A stretch of 64,000 bases of DNA from Hyphomicrobiales bacterium (lineage in GTDB: Bacteria; Pseudomonadota; Alphaproteobacteria; Rhizobiales; TMED25): positions 324,366 to 388,365 of the forward strand of contig CBDBEU010000005.1 in the NCBI GenBank assembly GCA_965204565.1. The letters run 5' to 3'. The notes under the pieces were generated by a model. The model did not search any database and was not told the origin of the DNA. It saw nothing but the letters and a program-made list of their open reading frames with translations. Positions 10,167-19,457 of the stretch are shown piece after piece. The number at the start of each line of letters is the position of its first letter. The stretch's first letter is position 1. Made by a program: the position numbers and the translations under genes.

Positions 10167-11663
10167 TCAAGCAGCGGTGCCGGGCAGGGGGGAGGTGATG
10201 TCATTCTGGAAATCCGCGGTCAATCCAATGGGTGTGACCCTGAGCTCTAGGGGGTTGCGAGGAAAAAGGGTGATGCCCGATACTGGCTCGGGTATCGCAC
10301 CGTTTACTGTCTCGAAGCGAGCGCTGCGGATCAAGGTTGCCAAGATAACGGTCGCTTCGATCATTGCGAAAGAGGCACCGATACACATACGCGGACCTGC
10401 GCCGAATGGCATATAGGAGTAACGCGACCGTGCCGATTGTGCCTGATCGGGAAAGCGATCGGGATCGAAAACGTCCGGCCTGTCCCACAAGCGGCGATGG
10501 CGATGAATCACATAGATCGGTACCAATACCTTCGCGCCGCGGGGTAGTCTGTGTCCTCCCAGCACAACCGGTTTGCAAGTGACACGCGATATAATTGGTG
10601 CGGAGGGGAACAAGCGCATCGCTTCTTGGATAAACCGTTTCGTGTCGATAAGCTTGTCGACGTGGTCCACCGATATCTCTCCGGCACCGGCGACTTGCAC
10701 GATCTCGGCCGCCAACCGGTCGCGCCACTCAGGCAGGAACGCGATGAGATAGAGGCCCCAGGTCAGTGTCCGGGCAGTCGTTTCGTGGCCTGCCGTCAGG
10801 AATGTGAGAAGATTGTCGACGATCTGCTCGTCACTCACCGGCAGGCCGTTCTCCTCGTTCTTTGCGGTGATCAGTCGACCGAGCAAATCTTGACCAGCCT
10901 CTTTCGAGTGGCGGCGGGCGCGAACAAGTGACGCCATCCGACCGCGCGCAATCTTTGCCGATCTACCCATGCGCCGGGTTCCCGGATGCGGCACCCAGCT
11001 TGGAATGCCCAGAATATCATAGGCGATTTCCCATTTGATCGGAGACAGGTAGTCGCCGATTGCGCGCTTGATCACATCAGCATCGATATCTACGCAATCT
11101 GCAAGCAGTGTTTTTTGGATAATGTCGAAGGTGAGATCGACCATGGCACTGCCAATATCCTGGATGCGGCTTTCAGCCGCTGCATTCCATCGGTTCAATA
11201 CCGATTGTGCCTCGCCAGCGATTGTTGGCACGGTGTGAGCCAGAGCTGTAGGAGCAAGCATCGGTGCAACGATGCGCCTCTGCCAGCGCCAGTCTTCATC
11301 GGAAGCGACCAGGATGCCGTTGCCGAGTGCGCGCGACATGATCCTGCGGTCGAGTGGGTTCTTGGTAAAGCTTCCGGAGGGATTGTGAAAAATCTCACCA
11401 ATCAACTCCGGCGCCATGACGAATGCCGTCGTTCCGCCAATTCCCGAATAGACCACGATCGGTTCTTCGTAGTGGTCGACAGACAATGCGCTTAGCGGAT
11501 TCCTTAAAAGCGCTCCGATCAGCCCCACCAGACCGAGTGTCCGGTCTGGTGGTATGATCGCTGGTGGCACTGCTTGTTCGCAAATAGTGCGAGGGACAGT
11601 CTGCGCTGTCATGTTGATGTCCGCGGCCGCAATTCGGGTGTTGAAATCCCCGGTAAATGTCAC
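10167..11663 (-). CDS. cytochrome P450
   Basis: 498-aa ORF. Heme-binding loop FGAGPRMCIGASFA, I-helix LTAGHETT, EAMRLFP (ExxR region). Start uncertain (alternative Met 18). Confidence 0.85.
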   Translation of the reverse strand: MTFTGDFNTRIAAADINMTAQTVPRTICEQAVPPAIIPPDRTLGLVGLIGALLRNPLSALSVDHYEEPIVVYSGIGGTTAFVMAPELIGEIFHNPSGSFTKNPLDRRIMSRALGNGILVASDEDWRWQRRIVAPMLAPTALAHTVPTIAGEAQSVLNRWNAAAESRIQDIGSAMVDLTFDIIQKTLLADCVDIDADVIKRAIGDYLSPIKWEIAYDILGIPSWVPHPGTRRMGRSAKIARGRMASLVRARRHSKEAGQDLLGRLITAKNEENGLPVSDEQIVDNLLTFLTAGHETTARTLTWGLYLIAFLPEWRDRLAAEIVQVAGAGEISVDHVDKLIDTKRFIQEAMRLFPSAPIISRVTCKPVVLGGHRLPRGAKVLVPIYVIHRHRRLWDRPDVFDPDRFPDQAQSARSRYSYMPFGAGPRMCIGASFAMIEATVILATLIRSARFETVNGAIPEPVSGITLFPRNPLELRVTPIGLTADFQNDITSPLPGTAA

Positions 11664-11856
11664 CTAACGTCTGCCGGGGCCGCGAGGGTGATCGTGTGAC
11701 CAGGCACATGAATTCGATCGAATCGCGCGAGTTCCAAGGCGCATTCAATATCAAGAACACGGCGAAAAATCACCTTTAAAATCATATGTGCCAATCAAAC
11801 GGCTTCAACGCCGAGCGAACCGTTGGTTGGAATCTACATCGGACGGTGACCTTGCT

Positions 11857-12567
11857 TCAATCCGGTGCAGGCCATGTCCGGTAACCAATGAGCGGTGAGC
11901 CCGGGGCATGCACGGTTGCGTCGATCACTTCCTTGCTCCAGGGCGTATGCGGCTTGATGGCATGCTCGCGCCGCATGTCGTGCGACTCGAACTCGTACAA
12001 CACCGCATGCCGGCACCATCCGACCAGCGCCAGCAATTTGCGGCAGCCGATTACACCCGGCGTTTCTGCCATGTCCGGCATGCGCAGGCGTGCGTACCAT
12101 CGGCCAATCATGATGTCGGTCTCGAGCCCGGTCATTTGAAAGCTGCCCATCTGGATTGCTGTGGCCGGCGCGCTGCCGCGTGTCTTGTGGCGGTAGGCTG
12201 GGCCGTTGATGCTTTCTTCCTCGATCAGCACCGCCAGGCGCGCCTCATCGCGCTCGCTGAGGTGCTTTTTGACGTCCGCCGACTGGTTTTCCTCCATCAC
12301 GGGGGAATCTTCACTGAAAAACAGATGGGGGGAGGCGGCAGAGATCAGGCACACATATTGAGTGCCTTGTTCAATCGGTTCGTCGGTGTGGACGAGCAGA
12401 TCGCGTCGCTCGCGATATTCATCCTCATCGACCCTGTAGTTGGCCGCCCACACGATCCCGGGTTTTGCTGCAATTTCCGGCAGATAAGTGCCGTGCAGCC
12501 AGTCGAGATGTGAATCTCGCTTTGCCGGGGCCAGGTTGTACCAAACCGCCCAGATACCGTAATCCAT
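11857..12567 (-). CDS. conserved hypothetical two-repeat protein (paralog of 23347-24087)
   Basis: 236 aa, SD AGGGGG upstream. Shares MD.GIW..WY.LA, WLH.TYLP...PGI.WAA.Y, AASPH.FF, GSF, WYA..R.P.MA..PG, GW..H.VLYEF.S and IHAPGSP with the paralog. Confidence 0.65.
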   Translation of the reverse strand: MDYGIWAVWYNLAPAKRDSHLDWLHGTYLPEIAAKPGIVWAANYRVDEDEYRERRDLLVHTDEPIEQGTQYVCLISAASPHLFFSEDSPVMEENQSADVKKHLSERDEARLAVLIEEESINGPAYRHKTRGSAPATAIQMGSFQMTGLETDIMIGRWYARLRMPDMAETPGVIGCRKLLALVGWCRHAVLYEFESHDMRREHAIKPHTPWSKEVIDATVHAPGSPLIGYRTWPAPD

Positions 12568-12823
12568 TGTTTCTACCCCCTGATTTTTGCTGCGTTGGTT
12601 GCGATCTCACGCTCCGGCCAAACGCAGAAAACTGGCCACGGCAACCGTGCCGGTCTGCCAATCTTGTTAACATAAGGCAGTTTGATGGCAGCACGTACGG
12701 AAGGCAATGCCAGAACGCGGCGATTGAGCATTGGGTCCTACAGGCTTCCGTGCCGTTGACACGGGCAATCTGGGCTCCTACGCACTCTCCTGAATGAACA
12801 AACTTGAGCAGGGGGGTATTGTG

Positions 12824-14032
12824 ATGTCTGATATTGGCCTGATACCGGTCGACTGGGAGGACCGATTTGACCCGCAGCGCATGCTGCGCGGGCGGCTTGA
12901 TCGAGCCAAGGCGGCGCTGGAAGCTTCCGATTGCGATTGCCTGTTTGTATTCCGCACCGAAGATGCGCGCTACCTGATGGGCTACCGCCACCATTTGGGC
13001 CCGGCCTTCATCATGGGCAACGCGGTCGTGGTGCTTGCCCGTGGACACGATCCGATTTTGTGGACCATGGATTTCGAGCACTGCAAACAGCGCATGCCGT
13101 GGCTCGGCGAAAATCAGGTTCAGCCGCGTGCCAATTTCCGTGAAGAGGTTGGCATGGCGCGTTGGGCCGAACAGGTCGAGGGTTTCATTGGTTCTTTGAA
13201 GGGCAAGACCGTCGGCATCGACATCTGGGACATCAATATGGAAACCGCGATCAAACGGACCTTCCCGGACACCAATTTCATCGATGGCTACCAAAGTGTT
13301 TTGATGCGCGCCAAGGAGGTCAAGACACAAGACGAAATCCATTGCCTGAAAATCGCCAATGCCATGACCGAGGCAGCCCTCGACAAGGCATTGGAAGCGC
13401 TCCGTCCGGGAATTCGCGAGTGTGAAGTTCTGGCGATCGCATGGCACACCATGACGGCAATGGGGTCGGAATGGACCCAATGTTCGAACATCGTCGCCTC
13501 CGGCCCCTATACCGCGCCCTATCGCCGTTTTACCTCCGATCGCATCATTCGCAATGGCGATCCCGTGATCATCGACATCGGCGCCTGCTTCAACGGTTAT
13601 TACGGCGATCTCACTCGCACCTGGATCTGCGGCAACGTCAAGCCGACCAAGGAAATGAAGGAGGTCCACCAGAAGTGCTATGACGCGCTGTTCAAAGCTG
13701 GCGGTGCGGTCAAGCCTGGTGCAACCAACGCCGATGTCTTCGCCCAGGCTGATCCTTACGTTCTGGACAGCCTCGGCCATGGTGCCGGCGTTAATCCCTG
13801 GGAAGCGCCCTTCTTTTCGCCGGCCTCAAAAGACCAGCCACAGGTGTTGAAGGAAGGCATGGTGTTCAATCTGGAGCCGTATAATGGTGTTCCCGGGATC
13901 GGTGGTTTCCGGCTTGAAAACGACCATATCGTCACCGCAGATGGCGTCGATATCTACACCACCTATCCCTTCGACGAGCGACTGGTGAATGATCTCCATC
14001 CACTTGATGTGTCGACCGGACGTACCCGTTAG
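12824..14032 (+). CDS. M24-family hydrolase (creatinase / prolidase-like)
   Basis: About 402 aa from ATG 12824 (GGGGGG SD). N-domain followed by DPVIIDIGACFNGYYGDLTRTW, HGAGVNPWEAP and GMVFNLEP. Confidence 0.75.
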   Translation: MSDIGLIPVDWEDRFDPQRMLRGRLDRAKAALEASDCDCLFVFRTEDARYLMGYRHHLGPAFIMGNAVVVLARGHDPILWTMDFEHCKQRMPWLGENQVQPRANFREEVGMARWAEQVEGFIGSLKGKTVGIDIWDINMETAIKRTFPDTNFIDGYQSVLMRAKEVKTQDEIHCLKIANAMTEAALDKALEALRPGIRECEVLAIAWHTMTAMGSEWTQCSNIVASGPYTAPYRRFTSDRIIRNGDPVIIDIGACFNGYYGDLTRTWICGNVKPTKEMKEVHQKCYDALFKAGGAVKPGATNADVFAQADPYVLDSLGHGAGVNPWEAPFFSPASKDQPQVLKEGMVFNLEPYNGVPGIGGFRLENDHIVTADGVDIYTTYPFDERLVNDLHPLDVSTGRTR

Positions 14033-14224
14033 AAAACTTGCCAAGCCCGGTCCGGCAGAGATGACATAGCGCCACCCAATGCAAGATAGCTGGGTCTCGC
14101 CGGCGTCCAGCCCACCTGCAATGACTACCAACTGTTAACGATAAAACATATCTCCGGCGCGAGCGCGGCGGCGTAAAATAATTCATTACCCTACCCACCG
14201 CTAAACTCGGCGCATGAACGAGAG

Positions 14225-14609
14225 TTGGCCGTGTCTTTGCGGCACTGCAAAAAGGTAGGGAGCAGGTTCGTGCGTCTTAAACTCTGTCGTCATGGTGGGT
14301 CTCTGGCCGTCGTATTCGGTGCGCTCGCAGTCGCGGCGCCGCACTCACAGCAGGCGAACGCGCAAAAACTCGCCGTTGCAGCCCAGAACAAACAGACACC
14401 AACTGCGATGAATACGATTGTGGTTGCTGACAGCACTCTCAGATTTGGCAGCAAGCTGTCCAAGAGCGTGCTCAACTACTCAACAAAATGCCATGGCCCG
14501 CTGACTCGGTGCCCGAAGGAGTATTCAGTTCGATTGCAGGGTTTATGGATGACGGCGAACGGGTCGCATTGGCACTTGTAGATCCAAATGAACCGATCCT
14601 GGCAACCGA
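14225..14609 (+). pseudogene. Flp-pilus assembly CpaB-like gene, 5' fragment with frameshift
   Basis: N-terminal TM/signal followed by SAF-like IVVADSTLRFGSKL... The reading continues in another frame (WPADSVPEGVFSSIAGFMDDGERVALALVDPNEPILATE). Cut at 14609 by an IS5-family fragment. Confidence 0.5.
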
Positions 14610-15154
14610 ATCAATGCCGACCGGCGCCACGGCTTCGTGCGGACATGGATCGTCACCGACGCCGCCCGGCATGACGGGCGCGTACCGGGCGGGCTTCCGG
14701 ATCAGGCGAACACCGGCTCGACTGTCCGGGCGGACACGGCGTATCGGTCGCAGAAGAACGAGAAGAAAATCGCCCGAGCCGGGCTGACCTCGAAGGTCCG
14801 TTTCCACCGCCCGCCCGGCAAGCCGATGCCCGTGCAGCACGAGAGGGCCAATGCCGCAGGGTCGAAGGTCCGATCCGCGATCGAACATCCCTTCGCCGGG
14901 ATGAAGGCACGAATGGGGCTCTTCGTCCGCACCATCGGCATCGACCGGGCGAGGGCCAGGATCGGCATGGCCAGGATCGCAGTCAACATGAAACGGCTCC
15001 TGTTCCGGGAGCGCAAAGGCGCCGTGGCATGGCCCGGCCCCGGCGAAACCAAATCCCGAACCACAACCCAGGCAAAGGGCCGAACCGCATCGCGGCTGTA
15101 AAGGCGCTCTCGTCACCCGATTCCAGGCAGCAGACAGGGGGTTGCAGGGTGTCC
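14610..15154 (+). mobile_element. IS5-family element (lineage with ends GGAC[GA]CCCTGAA), 3' fragment, copy 1
   Basis: Aligns with 30205-30675. Encodes ADTAYRSQKNEKKIARAGLTSKV...SKVRSAIEHPFAGMK. Ends in ..CAGGGTGTCC at 15154. Confidence 0.7.
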
Positions 15155-15344
15155 AGCTGCTTCTGCGTTGGGTAGTGTCGATTATAGAGCTCCGGGACGG
15201 CAAAAGCGGCATCGGCCCGGAAGAACCGCATCAGCTCACGATCCGCATATCGCGCCAACACCGACTTGAGCACATTTTCCCGGCCATCGGCGCTGTGAAC
15301 ATTGCCGGGGCGCAATGAACGGCGTTCGAGGCGGCTAAACCGGT

Positions 15345-15708
15345 CCGGATTATACTGTCTTTAAACAGTTACAGAAATCCCACGTAACCCAGGGAGAGCA
15401 GTCACAATGGCACTGATCTTGAAAGTGGCCCAGGATCTCTATGTCGGGGAAGAGCGGTATGTTCTGAATGGAATCGAAGGGCCGACCAAATTCAAACTGG
15501 AACATGTCAATGCTGACACTTCTGGTGAGAACGATATATTCACGATCACTGATGAAAGGGCGACTGAGATAGAGCCGGATGTGTTTGTGTCTGCGGGGGA
15601 TAAGCATCCGCTTTCTATGGCTTCCGTGGTGATAGCCACACCCAAGGAGATCCTGATTCTGCAGAGTGTGTGATGCCGGTTACTGTTCGGCAGAAACCCG
15701 TAGAGTAC
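15345..15708 (+). mobile_element. unclassified 364-bp insertion (cassette-like) inside the IS1380 transposase gene
   Basis: Boundaries are fixed by the empty site in the second IS1380 copy (58993/58994). No TSD and no terminal inverted repeats. Imperfect direct repeats at both ends. Visibly AT-richer. Confidence 0.6.
15407..15673 (+). CDS. hypothetical 88-aa protein carried by the 364-bp insertion
   Basis: ATG is preceded by GGGAGAG. The ORF fills most of the insertion and its stop lies 2 nt before the right-hand repeat. Confidence 0.5.
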   Translation: MALILKVAQDLYVGEERYVLNGIEGPTKFKLEHVNADTSGENDIFTITDERATEIEPDVFVSAGDKHPLSMASVVIATPKEILILQSV

Positions 15709-16561
15709 TAAGGACGAACAAAGGGTGATAGCCATGCAGCCGAAATGCCCGTTCCAGGCGGTGCCTTCCTGAGCGCCATGGGTCGCGCGTCATGGGGCTG
15801 CGCGTCATGGGGCGGGCCGACCGAACCGTCCATGTCCGGTGTGATCCATTCGGGCGCCATCGCGGCGTGAGCCCGATCAATCCATTGACCGGATACGTCC
15901 GCCGGCGCACCGTGATTGTCGGCGGCCGCCGACACCTCGGTCTCGAACCGACCCATCCGGCCGGCAGACGCAGCCTCGGCATCAACGCCACGCCCTCCGG
16001 CCACCTGCCGCATCACCGGATCGAGCGCCGGACGGTCCGCGTCATTCACATCATCATATCCGGCCAATCGCCCGAAGACCGACCGCCGCAAAAGCCCGAC
16101 CATGGAATGCAGACGGTTGTGGACGGTTCGCGGATCTCCGAGAGGACCGCCGGCAATATCGTGCAATCCCGGGGTCTCGTCCAACTCCCGGAACGGCAAC
16201 GGGCCACCGTCGGAACCGATCTTCGAGCCATGGACTTCCAGCCGCACCCGCCAGCCGCCCCCGACTGTCGAAACCGAGCCTGATATCACCCGTTTCGCCT
16301 GCACCCTGCGGGTGATCCGTGATCCGCCCCCTACAGCCCGCACAACATGCTTAAATATGACATGTTACCGGCTGTCACAGGCGCAAACGTCACGTTACTT
16401 TGGAAATGTGGGTTCTTATCTCAGTGCGCGGTGGCGGGCGCTGGTCGCTGAAGGCTTGACAATGTGATACCGGGACCCCGACTTTCGCGACTTTGGCGGG
16501 TGACCACCCAATGTGGTGCGCTACCAGTGGCTGAATCAGCGCGCTCTAAATGGGAGAAATC

Positions 16562-17623
16562 ATGGACCAAATTAATGTCGGAGTTATCGGAACCGGGTGG
16601 TGTGGCGGCATTCGTGCCGAAACCTGCGCGCTCAATCCCCTGGTCAAGGACTTGCATATCGCCGAAATTAGGGAAGACCGGTTGGCGGAAATGGCCAAGT
16701 CCACCGACGCGGCAAGTGCGACGGACGACTATCGTCGCATCATCGACGATGATTCGGTGAACGCGGTGATGATCTCGGCAACGCCGGAAGATTTGCACTT
16801 TCCGATGACCAAGGCAGCTCTGCTTGCCGGCAAACATGTTCTGCTCGAAAAACCGGTGGCCCAGACCTTGGCTGAAGCTGACGAGTTGATCTCGATCGCG
16901 GCGGAGAAAAACCTCAAATTCACCATCGGTTACTCGCAGAGATTCCGTGCCAAGTATGCCTATACGCGCGAGAAGTTCCGCGATGGCACGATCGGCGAGC
17001 CAGTCAGCGTGCTGATTTCGCGCCACATCACCCGTTCGCTTTCCAGCCGGATTGTGGGGCGCACGCGCCTGTCGCCGGCGGCGATGGAGGCGACCCACGA
17101 TCTCGACTATGCGTTGTGGTGCCTTGCGCCACGCCAGCCGGTCCGGGTCTATTCGCAGCAGGTGGAAAAGGTTCTAATCAAGGATTCCAATTCACCCGAC
17201 TGCCAATTCATCATGGTTACGCTCGACGACGGTACGGTGATCACGGTCGGAGCCGGTTGGGTGTTGCCGCCGAGTTATCCCAACTACTCTTCAACCGTGA
17301 TGGAGTTCGTAGGCTCGGAAGGTGCGTTGATCGTCGATGACACGCATAAGGACGTGACCTTGATGAGCATGGGCCGGGGCATCGAGTTTCCGATGTCGTC
17401 CATGCCGGGTGAACCGGTGGGACACACTTATGCTGGACCGATGGCCGACGAGACGATCAGTTTCCTCGAAGCTGTGGCACTGGACCGTGAGGTGGTGGTG
17501 AAGCCGGCCGAGGCACGCAAGGTGATGCAAGTCTATATCGCGGCGGACCTGTCGGCTGGGCGCGGCGAACCGGTGCCGTTGCCACTTAACGATGATCCAT
17601 CGGTGGCGAGCGCCCGCGCTTAG
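16562..17623 (+). CDS. Gfo/Idh/MocA-family NAD(P)-dependent oxidoreductase
   Basis: N-terminal Rossmann INVGVIGTGWCGG and EKP motif (VLLEKPVA). 353 aa. Confidence 0.8.
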   Translation: MDQINVGVIGTGWCGGIRAETCALNPLVKDLHIAEIREDRLAEMAKSTDAASATDDYRRIIDDDSVNAVMISATPEDLHFPMTKAALLAGKHVLLEKPVAQTLAEADELISIAAEKNLKFTIGYSQRFRAKYAYTREKFRDGTIGEPVSVLISRHITRSLSSRIVGRTRLSPAAMEATHDLDYALWCLAPRQPVRVYSQQVEKVLIKDSNSPDCQFIMVTLDDGTVITVGAGWVLPPSYPNYSSTVMEFVGSEGALIVDDTHKDVTLMSMGRGIEFPMSSMPGEPVGHTYAGPMADETISFLEAVALDREVVVKPAEARKVMQVYIAADLSAGRGEPVPLPLNDDPSVASARA

Positions 17624-17728
17624 CCCGGTATTCGGCACTCGCCACGGAGGTGGGCACTGATGAACGGTTCACAATTTGGCCCCTACACGCCAAGATGGTA
17701 AAATAGAGGTCTATGGAGGGAGTAAAGC

Positions 17729-18844
17729 ATGTCCGACAAAACCAAGACAACCAACGGTATTGACCGTCGACGATTGCTGACAGCAACCGTGGCTGCGACC
17801 GGCGCAATGGTGCTGAGCATCAAGCCCAAGGGGGCGTTCGCGCAGTCCTATCCCGGTCGTCCGATCACGGTGGTTGTGATGTACTCGGCCGGCGGCGGCA
17901 CTGATACGGTGATGCGTAAGATCGCCGAAGAGATGGCGGCGGCCAAAGGCTGGGACGTGACGGTGATCAACAAACCCGGCGCGGTTGGCGGTGTGGCGAC
18001 AAAATATGTCGGTGCGCGGCCGGCAGACGGTTACACCATTCTGGGCGGTGCGAACTACAACAAGTTCGTCCGCGTCATGGGCCATGTTGATGAAGTGCCA
18101 TGGGAGAACTGGGTGTTCTTCCAGGCGGCCAATTCGCTCGCATCTTGGTCGGTGCGCAAGGACTCGCCCTTCCAGACCTTCCAGGATGTGATTGGTGAGG
18201 CCAAGGCCAATCCCGGCAAGATTTCGATTTCAACGTCCGGCACCGGCGGGTTGTGGCACGAACTGGCACTGATCGTGGCATCGTTCTCCGGCATTGAGCT
18301 CAAATATGTGCCGTATAAAGGCGGCAAGCCGGCAACATTGGCCGGTCTACAGGGTGAGACCGACATTGCCGGTGGCGGTGTGCATGAACATGTCGAACTG
18401 GTTAGAGCCGGCGAACTAAGGCCGCTTCAGCAAACAGGTAGTAACGATATCACTCTCGACAATGGCACTGTGTGGCCTTCCATTGGCGGCATGGTGCCGG
18501 CGATCAAGCCATTCCTGCCGGTTGGCGGCACCTATAACTTCATCGTTCGCCGGGATACGCCGACGGAAATCCTCCAGGAAATCAAGCAAGCGTTCGTTGC
18601 CGCTGCAAACTCCGACAGCTTTAAGGAGATGATGGCCAGTAAACATTTCGAGCTCGATATCCGCTCCGGCGAGGCCGCTGATAAGCGCGCTGCCCAGCTT
18701 GAGACGATTACCGTCGACACCTTCAACAAGTATGCCGATCAAATTGGCCAGGACGTCAAATCAGCTGCTGATCTGGGGCTTCCTTCACCAGCGGACTTTG
18801 AAAGCTGGTGGCCGCCAGAGGGCTACAAGGTTCCGAGCGTATAA
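17729..18844 (+). CDS. tctC: tripartite tricarboxylate transporter substrate-binding protein (Bug/TctC family)
   Basis: 371 aa. Tat-like signal (RRRLLTATVAATGAMV), then PITVVVMYSAGGGTD and NKPGAVGG. SD GGAGGG. Confidence 0.8.
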   Translation: MSDKTKTTNGIDRRRLLTATVAATGAMVLSIKPKGAFAQSYPGRPITVVVMYSAGGGTDTVMRKIAEEMAAAKGWDVTVINKPGAVGGVATKYVGARPADGYTILGGANYNKFVRVMGHVDEVPWENWVFFQAANSLASWSVRKDSPFQTFQDVIGEAKANPGKISISTSGTGGLWHELALIVASFSGIELKYVPYKGGKPATLAGLQGETDIAGGGVHEHVELVRAGELRPLQQTGSNDITLDNGTVWPSIGGMVPAIKPFLPVGGTYNFIVRRDTPTEILQEIKQAFVAAANSDSFKEMMASKHFELDIRSGEAADKRAAQLETITVDTFNKYADQIGQDVKSAADLGLPSPADFESWWPPEGYKVPSV

Positions 18845-18909
18845 TATCTTTAAACTGTATGCGGCCGGCGCTTTGATGCCGGCCACTATTCTCCGCGGGT
18901 CCATATTTG

Positions 18910-19452
18910 ATGACAGGTAGTGACGGCTTCGTCGGTGAAGAATCCGGAAGTGGCCGCGCGCCACCGGTCCTCGATCTTGTTGCGAGCGCGTTTTTAATCG
19001 CCCTGTCGGTGTGGGTGATGGTCGAGTCGATCCGGCTCGATGTGCCGAGTTCACTCACCACAGCTCCTGGACTTTTGCCCTTTCTGACCGCTGCCAGCAT
19101 GGGGGTGATGGCGATGGTGTTGGCCGCTGGGGCGTGGCGGCGCTACCGCGCGGGTGAAACCGGCGAAGCGGACGAGGAGGGAGGCGATCACTGGCGCACC
19201 GCCGGCCTTGCCGTGATCATCGCAATATATCTGACAGCGCTTGAGTATCTGGGTTTTGAGTACCAGTTCGATCTCGCTGGAATGTGGCTCACCATCGGTT
19301 CATTCGAATTGGTGTCGATTATTATTGTGACAGCTATTCTCGCCATCTTCTGGCGTGCTGAGCTGTGGAAGTGTTCTGCCGTGGCGGTGATCTGGATCTT
19401 TTTGCTCGCCGGCGCCTTCCGCTACATTTTCAACATCCCGCTTCCGGGCTAG
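18910..19452 (+). CDS. tctB: tripartite tricarboxylate transporter TctB-family small membrane subunit
   Basis: About 180 aa with 4 predicted TM helices, located between tctC and tctA. Start uncertain. Confidence 0.6.
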   Translation: MTGSDGFVGEESGSGRAPPVLDLVASAFLIALSVWVMVESIRLDVPSSLTTAPGLLPFLTAASMGVMAMVLAAGAWRRYRAGETGEADEEGGDHWRTAGLAVIIAIYLTALEYLGFEYQFDLAGMWLTIGSFELVSIIIVTAILAIFWRAELWKCSAVAVIWIFLLAGAFRYIFNIPLPG

Positions 19453-19457
19453 GCGCA

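Larger units (their letters stand above)
15155..16420 (-). mobile_element. IS1380-family element, 3'-truncated and interrupted by a 364-bp insertion
   Basis: Minus-strand pieces (LPFRELDE...FGRLAGYDDVNDADRPALDP...; [38 protein letters not shown]) are collinear with the copy at 58640-59470, apart from the extra 15345-15708. Outer left end is approximate. Confidence 0.7.

Noticed and set aside
12425-13780. 451-aa minus-strand ORF
   Set aside because: It is antisense to the M24 hydrolase (12824-14032) and also overlaps the start of 11857-12567. There are no motifs, so I treat it as a GC-rich mirror frame.
15345-15708. Integron gene cassette with an attC site
   Set aside because: There is no GTTRRRY core at either junction, no imperfect-palindrome attC of the expected geometry, and no intI gene in the window. 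The target is an IS transposase gene rather than an attI or attC site.
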